Source of the DNA: Atractiella rhizophila
Taxonomy: Eukaryota
Direction: 5' to 3'
Assembly: GCA_021432655.1 (NCBI GenBank)
Contig: MU271278.1
Coordinates: 62,001 to 109,620 of the forward strand
DNA: 47,620 nt
Shown here: in pieces, positions 26,314-37,444 of the stretch
Numbering within the stretch: position 1 is the first letter of the stretch
Layout: the number at the start of each line of letters is the position of its first letter
Made by a program: the position numbers and the translations under genes
The notes under the pieces: generated by a model
The model's input: only the letters and a program-made list of their open reading frames with translations
The model's database searches: none
Told to the model about the DNA's origin: nothing

Positions 26314-28735
26314 ACTTAGTCAGGTCGAAAAACGGCGCTTCTCGCCTTTAGGAATTTGACAGGTATTGATACAGATGACTTGCGAACAACACTTCCAGGT
26401 GATGGCTGAGGCAGATATGGTTGAGCATTCGGTGAGTTAACGGAGTCAGCTAATTCATTGGTTCATTCTAGCTATTTGCCTGTTTGGTGTGGAAAAGCTT
26501 GAATTCTTCAACGACATTATGACAAGGTTGTTCCACACTATTGGCTTTCTAACCGTCTGCTTTCCGCGAACGAGGTGACAGGGGAGCTTGAGAGCGAGGT
26601 GTTGGAGACAGCAAAGGGATCTGGAGTCTGAAATCTGAAATCTTATTGTTCTGAAGGCAAAAGCCTTGCCTCTGAATGTTTATGGTAACAAAGCTCCTTT
26701 GATTAGCGAAGTAGCCGGAATAAAAGGATGTTCAGGCAGGGACTGAAGTCATCTGTGAGCTAAGACATCACCACGCCGTGGCTGATCGAACGACTCTGTG
26801 AATCAGTATGCCCTTCATAGACTTGCACCCGTTGTACGCAGACAAAATCACGAAGTCTAAAAGATGGTACGCACATTCACGGGTTTCAGTATTTAATCCG
26901 ACGACAACTTAGGGTCGCTCGAAAGCCACTAATTAGATTGGGAGACGGCAGATTGCACGACCCCAACTTGCACCCCCATTATGAAGAAGAAGATGCCAGA
27001 CTCTACCCTTGGACAGCTTCAAACGTTCCTAGATCCAACATTGATCAGATTGATCAGCAGATTGAGACCAACCTTACCAACAAATGGGAGGCACAGGCCC
27101 AAAGGAATCCTGCCACTGGAAACAAATTCGGTTTCCGAGAAGGAGTTGAGCCTGTCTACGGGCCTGAAAGGCCTCGTAGTCAGCTTCACAGTAAGTAGCA
27201 CACTATTGTGATGCCCTCAGGGTTGAAGTTTTGTAGAACGAACAATTGTACAAAAAAACATCATACTATTTCCCAGGCTGGGCCGCTGGGGTTGAAGAAA
27301 AAGGTGTGGATCAGTCAAATTGTATCCATGCAGATATCCTACGAGTTTGGATGACAATCTGGGAGAGCAATATTATTGAACAATCACAATTGATGAACAA
27401 GCGCAACCAACCAACAGCAAGCACAGGTTTGTCAAGGTACAATTTACTTCGAAAATGAGCTTCTTTGGAATCGTTTTGAAAAACAGGGCGGATTTTGAGT
27501 GGTTGGTTGAGGGTGAATCACGATGGCATCTGAAAGATGCACTTGCTGGTTGTGCATCAATTTCTCATGCATTAAGACTGACAAAATGCACTCTATTGTA
27601 CTTAAAGCGTTAGATCGAATGCCTTACAAAGACCTCTGAAAAGCTAGCTTCAATAATATCCTTGTGACTTCAAGCAAGCGGCATCAATCACCGTAAGGTA
27701 TATTCCAATGTACAAGTCAAAAGCTGATACCTTCGATTTCAAGGATAGTCTTTAGTCCGATAAAAGCGAATGCAATCCACCCGTATTTAGGTTCTTTCGG
27801 TACCGTTCAAACTTTGATCATTCTGTCCTAGAGCAGACCGGTTTGAAGACGTTTGGAGCAAAACGAGTCCGCAGAATTGCATTGGCCGCTGCATTTCCTG
27901 AATTTTGCACAACGAAAGAAGTGGACGCTTTGCATGACTTGCTAGACCAAAACTACACAGCCGTCTGCCGGCGATTAGGAGGCGACAACCGAGAACCTCA
28001 CCGTCACCAATACGGCTGGAAGTTACGTGCAGGGAATTACGCTGCGGTACGATGGGCAGGCTCTCAACTACAGGATCCTAACCGACATCACCCCGTGGTG
28101 GGCAGGCAACACAATGTCTTGCTTACTAGTCGCCAGAAGATTATAATTGGCACATGCGTAATTGTTCGGAGCTCTACCTTATTATCAATATCGTAACCGG
28201 GGCTTTTGACACAAAATTCGCGCGTTAACAAGCCTCAAAATGATGGAAACTTTGGCACACTATGTCTGTGGAACTTGAAAACGTCACGTGACCACGACAC
28301 AAAACATGGGGCGATCAACGTCATCTTGAAGCAATGACTTGAATCCTGCCCAGCGCAGGATTGAAAGCCATCACCTGCAGGCTGATAAAACTTCATTACC
28401 AAACTCCACTCTAAAACGTGAATTGAGCTTGATAAGAAGGACCATGTAGTCATTGACTTCGGAGCTCACGGACTTGGGTGCTCTGCCCGAGTGTAGATAT
28501 TTCAGCGAAACTTCACTGAATCACACCAAAACAATCCGACAATTACAAAAGAGAGAAAACGGACCGTCAAATGTTCTGTGCAGAAAGGCTCTACCCTCTG
28601 ACACGCCCAGCCTACTAAATCACATATATCATATCCTGACGGTTGAGCAATGCCTTCCGGTCCCCATCAATATGCATCAATAAGAGCTTATTGTAATGAC
28701 TCAGTGTCAAATTCTAAGGGAACTCAATATTGAAT
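26314..28735. repeat. Copy 2 of the ~2.5-kb diverged direct repeat
   Basis: Same blocks as copy 1. Weaker anchors continue through gtggatcagtcaaattg, gaagac.tttggag, aaacgtgaattg and catatatca to about 28735. Confidence 0.9.
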
Positions 28736-29022
28736 GTTGGACGTTGCTGTATACCAAATTGCTGGCTACTGAGCGTACTGAGCCGTCAGAAGCCTGCTAA
28801 ACGATTTATCAGAGCTTGGTGCACATGCCGCTGCGCGTCTCGTCATGGACGAAAACGTTATCGCACTTGTGGAATTTGAAAGGTCTTCTGGTGACTTGCC
28901 ATTCACACCAAGGTTGTCGCGATAAGGCGCTATCGTCCCGCAATCATTAATACGAGTTAAAAGAGCCAGATGATTCATTGGTGCCTTGGCTCTCGCTATT
29001 TCCTTCGCTCCTGTTTTGCATC

Positions 29023-31472
29023 ATGTCGGAAAAGCTTGAAGAGATCAAAGACTTTGACGATGCCAAATCCGACGAGCTCTCCTCTCCTACGTCTCCCCGT
29101 GGGCATGCGAGACATTTCCATGAAGAGGTAGGAGCGGATGTGGAGATTGGATACGATCTGTATAAGGAGGCAGTTGAGGAGAAGGTGGAGTGGACAAAAG
29201 CTGAAGAGCGCAAGATTGTGAGGAGGATCGATTGGCTTGTCCTCCCCGCCTTTTGTTTGCTTCAAGGACTTGCTGTAGGTCTCTCCCAACTGCAGACGCT
29301 TGTTTATGACTGACGCTTCCGTTAAAGTACTTGGACAAGGTGATGCTGGGACATATCATCTGTCTTGAACAAAGCTTCTCATGATTTTACTGGTGTAGAC
29401 TGCTTTGAACTATGGTGAGCAACTGTTGTTATTTGTCATCCAATCACTCAGTAGACTCTAGGAAACCTGTTTGGCATGAAAAAGGATCTGCACGTAAACG
29501 GTGACCAATTCTCCTGGTCTGCTCTGTGTCCCTCAGCACAATCTCAGGTCGCTAATCAGAAGCAATCAGGTTTGCTTCAGCATTCTATCTGGCGAGTCGG
29601 ACAACTCTCTTGCTAAACGTTGCTGACGAGAATCAGGGATATCTTGTGAGCGCATATCCAACCACTTTGCTCTTGCAGAAGTATCCGAGCGGTCGAGTCA
29701 TGGGTGCCATCTGCACGGTCTGGTCTGTTTTCTCTCGCCTTGAACTTTGCAGCTGGACCGATAAATATGTGCAGGGGAGTGGTCGTTTGCACTACTGTGG
29801 GTCGCCAGAATCGTGAAATTCCATGCTGACTTCAAGTTGCAAGGCTTCTTGCAGATCATTTGGCGGAGCGCTTGCCAACAGGATCTTTTTGGGAGCGTTG
29901 GAAGCAGCTGTAACGCCTGGGTAAACTTCCCCTCTCGGAACCACTTCTGCTGACAGGACTGTTGGCAGGCTGAGTTTGTTGACACCAATGTGGTGGACTC
30001 TACAAGAGATTCCAGTGCGACAGCTGACTTGGTATGCACAAAACGGAGTCGCAGGCATCATCGGTGGTTTCCTCGCCTACGGGCTTGGTGCGCAGGTTCA
30101 GACCCGTAGTATTCTAATCTGCTGAACGTGCACTTAGGGCATGCCAACAACGCCTCCGTTCCAAGCTGGGCACTCATCTTCCTCACTTTAGGAGGGTTCA
30201 CCGTCTTCGTCGGGCTCTGCATCCTCATTTTCCTTCCCGACAGCCCCGCAAGTGCTCGATGGCTCAGCAGTCATCAGAAGACCATCGCTATCAAGCGAGT
30301 TGCCGGGAACCGCGTACGTGTTCCTCCTCGTCGTCGAGAAATAATAACTCTTCTGCAGACAGGAACAAAGAACAAACAATTCAAGCTGTATCAAGTGCAG
30401 CAGGCGTTCCTAGATCCAAAAACTTATATACTTTTCATTGCTTCGGTAGCTGCACAGATTCCGAACGGAGTTGTCTCAAATTTCAGCAGTATCATCATCA
30501 AAGGCTTTGGTTTCAACCAATTCCAGACTACCCTTCTCGACATACCAAGCAGCGTCCTTCAGATCATTTCTCTCGTAGGGAGTGGATAGTTCGTTCGCCG
30601 TTTCCCAGTTGATTTCACGCTAATGAAGCACCATCCTTAGCTTAGCGGGCAAATTCCCCAACTCTCGAGTAATTTTGATGGCAGTGGGAAACATTACGTG
30701 CATCATCGCCGCCTCCGTCCTCACATATGGCCCACAGTCAGAAAAATGGGGGTAAGCCTTTTAACACGTCCCGTTGCCTTTCATTTGCTTATTGGCACCG
30801 CAGTCGACTGGTTGCATTCTGGTTTACGTCTTTTCAGAGCGTTGGATTCTCATTGTCGCTGGTCATCGTTGGCTCTAACGTTGGAGGTACGAATCAGAAA
30901 TGCACCTCACCAAATTGACTTTCGTCCTCAAGGTTTCACAAAGAAGCAAGTCACGATGGTAGTTACCTTCATTGGCTATTGCGTGGTGTGTTTCTCTATG
31001 GGCCTTCCTGTGCTCCTTGCTAAAGCAAGCTCCAGGGAAATATCGCAGGTCCGCACGTCTTAATCGATTCTGAAGCTCCAAAATACCCCACGGTACCTTG
31101 CACCTAACCCCTTTCACTTCACGCTCACACTGTGCTGTTCTTTAGGCCACCAAAGCCATGCTGGCAGGTTATGTGATCAAAACCGGCATGCACATCATCC
31201 TTGGTACGTTCCTATCATATTTTCTTCCGCCGATTCTAAAGAGTCTTTGCCGTTGCTTGTAAAGGTGTCTACATGTATTTAGAGAATAGAAGGCGGGATC
31301 GAAAAGCAATAGAAGATGGGTCAGTTTTAGAAGAAGTGGAGAGGGCGAAACGAGCAGAAGAATTAGGAATGGTGGGTAGTGCGACTTCCGCATGTGATTA
31401 AGCACTAACTAGACCTACATTTAGATGGACACGACGGAGAAGGATAATCCCTACTTCAGATATGTGCTATGA
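29023..31472 (+). CDS. MFS transporter, Dal5/allantoate permease (anion:cation symporter) family; many introns and micro-exons
   Basis: RRIDWLVLP, YLDK|TALNY, FLPDSP..ARWLS, QIPNGVVSNFSSIII, and a C-terminus DTTEKDNPYFRYVL*. Confidence 0.9.
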
Positions 31473-31531
31473 GCGGCGTTTCACAGCTATAACGAGATAA
31501 CGATCCAGCAGAATTGTATAGATATATCAAA

Positions 31532-33222
31532 TCAAATTTTAAGGCCGGAAAGGTGTTCTGGAGGTGACAAAGGACTCCACGAAGCTCTATCCGCTCCTCC
31601 CTCTTTAACAGAAGAAGCGTTGAGATTGTTTTTCCTCAAAACCTCTCCCGTATCTTTGAGCTCCCAAAGATCCCATTCACCAAAGAACAATACAATGGAA
31701 ATGGTGACCCTACTTCCCGCCTTCTCCAAAAACCTTCTAACAGAGAGGGAGGAGAGGCGAATGTAGTACAGTTCAATTTTGCGAATTGTTGATACAGGGG
31801 TCTGAGGTACGTGGAAAGTATCCAAGAAATTGGGCATGACGAGTCGCGTAGTATCCTGTCCACCGTCCAAACCTAGATATTTCAGAAATGCGCAATTCGA
31901 TAGATCTACGGGTTCTTCTGCCCAGATAACAGACGCATAATCAATTTGTGAGCTGATGGAGATTCGCAAATTAACCATTTCCCTCAGCACTGATGGCGAG
32001 AGTAAGAGCGCACGAAGGCGTGGAGAGATTGGGAAGCAAGCTTGCAAGTGAAGTTCGCGGACTGGTAGATCTGGAAGTAAAGCATCCCACTTTGCTTAAA
32101 TTCATGTAGAAAGAAAAATAACGGCGCACGAGTTGGATGGAACACGCAGGAAGTTGAGCTAGAAGAATTGCTGAGAAAATTGAGCGAGGACAGTGCAATT
32201 TTTTGGATTCGTGATTTTGTGTTCTCGAGGTAGTCGACGACCTCTTCTTCCTCCCAAACCCGAAAGATGTCGTAGATGTACACCTCCTTGACCTTCTCCA
32301 GTGTTGCTAATGCATCGAGAAACTTGCTGCGCTTCAAAGCCTCCAGGGGAAGGAAGTCGATCTGCAGTCTAGTTGTTTCTGGCTGCAGAGAAATGATGCG
32401 TTCGATATCGATCCCAAAATCCCTCCTATCGTACTTTATCAACTCCCATTTAGACAGACTCCCTGATAGTGGAGATGTCCGCAGAAGTTTCTCTTTCTCG
32501 AGATTAGATTGAGGTTCACTTTGGTATATCGAACACAAGCGCTTCCATGTTCTGGAAACCTTTCTCAATCGGAATAAGTCCATAGGATTAGAGCGATAGA
32601 TAAATCGGATGATGCTGTCCAACAATTCCTCGGGTAAAGAAACTAGACCTTCTGAATGTGTTGGAGGTTTGCGAGATATTTGGAATACGAGGGCTCGTTT
32701 TAGGTCAGATGGTCGTATTTCGTGTAGCGCTTTGGCAAAGCGTGATTGGTAGTGATGCGAGGAATTGAGCGAGAAAAGAGGATAAAACACCTGTCCCTTC
32801 ACTAGCTTCACTTCAATTCGAAGCTCTCGTTCAAACTCCTTCCTATGCTCGGATGAGGAACGAAACTCGACACGATAAGGTGGAGCGTAATTTGTCGGGT
32901 TGAGAGAGAGATACATGCAGACTTCAGACTGGAGGCTTGACATGGAGAAAAAATTAGGGCCCTTGCTCGACAGCCAGTGGATGGATTGGTCGACATCGAT
33001 GAAAACATGAATGCGACGTAAGCTAGACGCGAGGATACTGCTCGTGAGACTGAGTACAAAAAGCCTTTCATCATCTTCACGCGAAAACATTGTCTCTGAC
33101 GAATTGATAGATGCACAAAGATATTGTTCAAGCGACTGAGACTGACTTGTGTCCGTAAACAGAGCTCCCGGCGAAGTAAGCCAATATCGATCTTCATCCT
33201 CTCGTCCTTGAAGCTCCGTCAT
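31532..33222 (-). CDS. Lineage-specific protein with a central F-box-like motif (paralog A)
   Basis: 412-aa ORF with LVSLPEELLDSIIRF..LRKVSRTWKRLC plus a downstream exon (31532-32047 frame). Paralogous to 33533-35379. Confidence 0.7.
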
Positions 33223-33532
33223 GGTATGCCGCTGTCAATACCTGAGACCTTTGCGGAACGGGAGAAAGCCCTCATCAGCAGGGAGTACTCTAGTACTCGA
33301 CTGCGCGTCAAGGTTGGGAAAAGACTAGCACAGTGTTTTCGTAATCCTGCGCGCTTATGCAGAAACAGTGGTGCTCGAAACAACGTTGGCGGAATTAATT
33401 GTCCAACCTTATTGCAGGCAATGCGCACTATTCTCAAAATGAGAAATGATTTATGACCCGTGCAAGATTGACCACGACACCTGGATTGCAGATGTATGGG
33501 TTTCTTTTGCTTAACCCTCACTTTCGTCATCA

Positions 33533-35379
33533 ATGAACAGGAAAGCCGGAGAGGAACTTGCAGACGAGATCGATAAGGGCTCCATTGGGTTGACGAGGAG
33601 GGTATTCCCGAAGAGCCAAGTCCAGTCAGGAAAGCGTCAATACACTTGCGCGTCGTTTTCTCCCTGGGATCCAGCAGGTCTGGTCGAGGTATCTCTCTGT
33701 CTAACGGATACTTTTCGGAAGCATTATCTGGAAACCATCCACGTTTATATCAAAAGCGACTATTCCGTTCATTGGCTTTCCAGCAAAGCTCCGCTGCACT
33801 TTGAATTGGACTCATCCGACTCCGAATTATATATCTTTTTATGGATCAATCCGTCCAGTTCATATCCTCCTTATCTAATGCTGACGAGTCGCTATCCTCT
33901 GGTTTTAGCAGAAGGTGGACTCAGATGGACCTATGTTGGTATAAAGCCGGATCAGCATTCTGTTTTTTATCCTCTGGTTTATTTCAATTCGTTTCAAACG
34001 TGGCCACGTTCCTCCCTACCTGTCATGCAGCCTATAGGAGACAAGGCATGCCCCAACATATCACAGTGTCTCGTGTTTCAATTGTCCTGTATTTCACCTG
34101 CTCGATCTGTAGGCATATATTCTTTGCCTTTGGAGCTTTTGGACAAAATATTAGGACTTGTATACCACAATAGCGCTAGACGACATCTAACCGATATAGG
34201 AACAAGAACTCCCGCCTTCCCAGATCCCCGAGCTCTGGCGCGCTTGAGAAGAGTTTCAAAGACATGGGAGCGGTTGTGTTCAGTTTACCAACCTGAACCA
34301 GAATACAATGCTCGGAAACAACAACTCTTGAGATGGTCTCCGCTCTCTGCTCAGGCCTCTGGTTGGCAATCTCTTCGATATGACCAATCTGACTGGATAG
34401 ATGGGATCAACATCGAGCGTCTCGTCAGGCGTCAGCCAGGGACCACAAAAGTCTGGACTACTTTCCTTCCCCTTGAGCACCAGAAACGCCACGGCTTCAT
34501 TCAAGCTATAGCAGAATTGAAGCAAGTCAGAGAGTTGGATATTTACGATATGGATGGGTTGTGGAGTGAAGAAGACATCGTCTCAATTCTTACGACCACT
34601 TCTTCACCAATTGAGAAGATTGCTTTGGTCTTTATGGACTTATCTGCGCCAAACATACCAGCTTCTCTCACACCACGACTCACGGGTAAGCCTTTGGTAT
34701 TTACGTCAAGCGTGGTACTGAACTACCTGAAGTTCGCACTCTTCGTGAACTGCGCCTCTTATCATGCTTCCCCATTTCGAGTCGCAGCTGGTCACTCTTA
34801 ACCTCGCCTCAAATCCTCAGTGGTGTCTTCAATCTACGTATACGTAATAATCCGCGTGTAGAATCACAACATGATGTCTGGGTTCAAACTCCTCTTCCAC
34901 ACCCTCTTGACCTTTCTTGCCGTACAGACATCGGGTTTCTGGGTTTGGAGGGTGGTCACGAAGCTGCGAAACTGGTCGACCCAACATTTCTTGATTGTGT
35001 CTTTCCTTCACAACCCCCTCGGCGCAATTGGGACTTCGTGAATAAGATAGAGCTTTACTACTTATTCATCTGCTCCATATCGCTGAAACAGTTTTTGGGG
35101 AGGGTCAATGGGTATTTAAGGATCTCGATCTCAATTGTTCTGTTCTTTGGAGACTGGGAAGAGTGGGAAATGAAAGAGCTGGGAGTGGTGTTGCGGGTCA
35201 ACGAATATTGGCTCGCAAAATCATCAATCCAAGAGGGCGGAGCAGACCAGAACAATTTTCGCGACTTTTGTTCTCCTGCTTATCTGTCCGGTGTTCGGTG
35301 CGAGCCCCATCTCAGTGTATGGAGCCCTCCAGTATTCAAGATGGAGAAGGTACAACTATTTTCTGCCGTTGGGCGCTGA
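33533..35379 (+). CDS. Lineage-specific protein with a central F-box-like motif (paralog B)
   Basis: 422-aa ORF with IYSLPLELLDKILGL..LRRVSKTWERLC plus a downstream exon with KIELYY..ISIVLFFGDW..EGGAD shared with paralog A. Confidence 0.7.
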
Positions 35380-35528
35380 AGCGGCCTCCTGTTGCCTTCT
35401 TCGAGGCTGAGTCCAATCATGTGTATTACTACTGCAAATTGTGATCCGTGCATGTTGTAAACTGCCAATTGATTACTACAATGCAAAATATACACACATA
35501 AATGGACAGAATGCTGACAAAATGAGAA

Positions 35529-36702
35529 TCACTGCTTGGCAAAAGTGACCTTCATCTTCAAATCGCTTCCCGTATCCGTAAACCGATAATTGTGCAGCGC
35601 CTCCTTCGCAACCGTACTGGACTGCTCGTCCGCATACTCGACGAAGGCAATACCTTTCCGTCCAGGGATCATCCGCACTTCGACAAGAGAAGGATACCTA
35701 TTCAACCAAACCAATGTCAGTATGATGACAACGCGAACAATGGGGAGACAAACTGCTTGAATAAACCATCGAGCTTCTCCTTCGTGATGACTTCTGGCAG
35801 ATTCTGAATGAACAGGATCTTGTTGGGCGGAAGATATTCGTCGGGCATTTGGAGGATGTTGCGACGTTGCGCAGTGATGAAGGCTGGTTGGATGGGGAGA
35901 CCATCCGGACCAATCGTCGTTTCGGCAGCTGCAGAAAAGTTAGCATCGAGAAGAGACATAGTGTGGGGTAAGTAAACTGTACCTTTGAGCGCCGCCTGTT
36001 TTTGTGTGAGCCATTTCCGGCGGAGAGGGTTGTTGCGTCTGTGAATTTCTGTTACACGTTTATGTATCAGCGCTAACTCATCTCGCACGACAACAGATGC
36101 CAAAACTAGGGAGCGCAGTCCTGTCACTCTGGAAGGAGAGTCTAAACTCGTAGGATAGGGTTGAGCTTTTGGGTAAGCTACAGAGTCCATAGGATTGATT
36201 GTAGTGAGGAGAGCGGCGGACGTGGTTCAGAGTCGCTTCCAGAATGAAGCTGAGGTACTGCAAAGAACTCCAAATAACACAGGAAGAGCAAACGCTTACT
36301 TTTGGTAATCTTCCTCTCTTCCAGATGCTTGTCAAAGTTCTCCTTGTCGAACCTCTTGACAACCGCATCACTACTTGTCCGCGCAAACTCGAGCAGCAAC
36401 CCTTTCCCATAGATAGGCAGTCCCTTCAACTCCTCAACCGCCTTCTTCGCACCTTCCAAATTGTCCAACCCCACGAACGCCTGTCCGCGCATGCGGAGGT
36501 TCGAATGGCAAGTGACGGAGAGCACGCGGCCGTATAGAGAGAATAAGTTGCGCAAGGATTGAGAAAGGATCTTCAGCTTCACTTTCTCGTTGAGGTTGTG
36601 CACGTAAATGGTATGGCTGGGCTCAACGGCCGGAGCAGTGGGTGCCTCCGTTGCTTCTGGCGCAGGGGCGGGCGCGGCTGCAGGGGGAGGGTCGACGTCC
36701 AT
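35529..36702 (-). CDS. U1A/U2B''/SNF-family two-RRM snRNP protein; long intron 36049-36299
   Basis: RRM1 TIYVHNLNEKVK..LRMRGQAFV. RRM2 MPDEYLPPNKILFIQNLP..EVRMIPGRKGIAFVEY..MKVTFAK. Confidence 0.92.
36245..36272 (-). promoter_or_regulatory. Intronic hairpin mimicking U2 snRNA stem-loop IV
   Basis: The pre-mRNA reads UGGAGUU-CUUUGCAGUACCUC-AGCUUCA, a 7-bp stem whose loop contains UUGCAGUACCUC, 28 nt into the intron. Confidence 0.55.
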
Positions 36703-37444
36703 GGTGGCAGGTGAAGAATGAACGCGGTTGTAGTGGCAAAATGGACCAGCGGACGGAATGGTCTAGGTTCCGGCCATGGAACAAGAAAAGTTGAATGTAC
36801 AAATCAATGACTAGGGCTTATCAGCTCCCTTCAGTTCAGGGTCTGAAGCATTGTTGATCAATGAGCATGATGATATGCGATTTATGGCGCAGAGTGTTTG
36901 TGATTTATGTTTGACAAAAGCTGGTACGGATTAACGACTCGTTGACTCTGCGAATGAGTATACTACTCAAATTGTGCTTCCAAGTCCCGATTGATATGAT
37001 GTCTTGTTCGCCTCTTCGGGAAATTAAACCATCTTGATGCTGCTAATATGTTTGAATATGTCGCAAATGGGCTTGTTTTTCAAGGCTCGGACGCTGTCCT
37101 TCCCAGTTCTGGTTTGCCACTTCCAGCTGAAGAGCAGCTGCTTGTGAACCAAGCCGTAACTGCGTGCGAATCCGTGAACGAAGACAAAGGTTCTTGGCCG
37201 TGTGAGTGAGTGAGTGTCTTTGCCTTGAAGTGGAGACGCCGACAGTGGAGCTCTTCGGAGACGACGGAGCACTACAGATAGGTTCCATGTCCATCTATCA
37301 GGCAGTCTAACCTATGGTATGCGTCAGGGGATGCGTACGCGAAGCTATATATACGGAGGGTGATGGAGTTGGAGTTCTCACATCAGATATTCAGAATAAA
37401 TATCGACATCACGGTGTAGCACCCAACCAATCTAACAATCGAAA

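Noticed and set aside
26336..26352. CGCTTCTCGCCTTTAGG resembles the 5' end of U2 snRNA
   Set aside because: No GTAGTA branch-recognition sequence or Sm site follows, and copy 1 lacks the match.
27148..27187. GAGC..GAAA..GCTTC hairpin resembling group II intron domain V
   Set aside because: Length and bulge geometry are wrong, no domain VI follows, and the GAAA loop is not kept in copy 1.
23095..28735. The repeat pair as telomerase RNA, divergent rRNA or a DGR template/variable-repeat pair
   Set aside because: No conserved (CCCTAA)1.5 template in both copies. Only one short chance-level match to the LSU GTPase centre. The A bias comes with C/G-to-T changes and many indels over 2.5 kb, with no DGR-type RT.
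37030..37210. Short protein-like + strand frame (MFEYVANGLVFQG..WPCE) between U1A/U2B'' and the SDR gene
   Set aside because: Under 60 codons, no motif, and no convincing gene structure.
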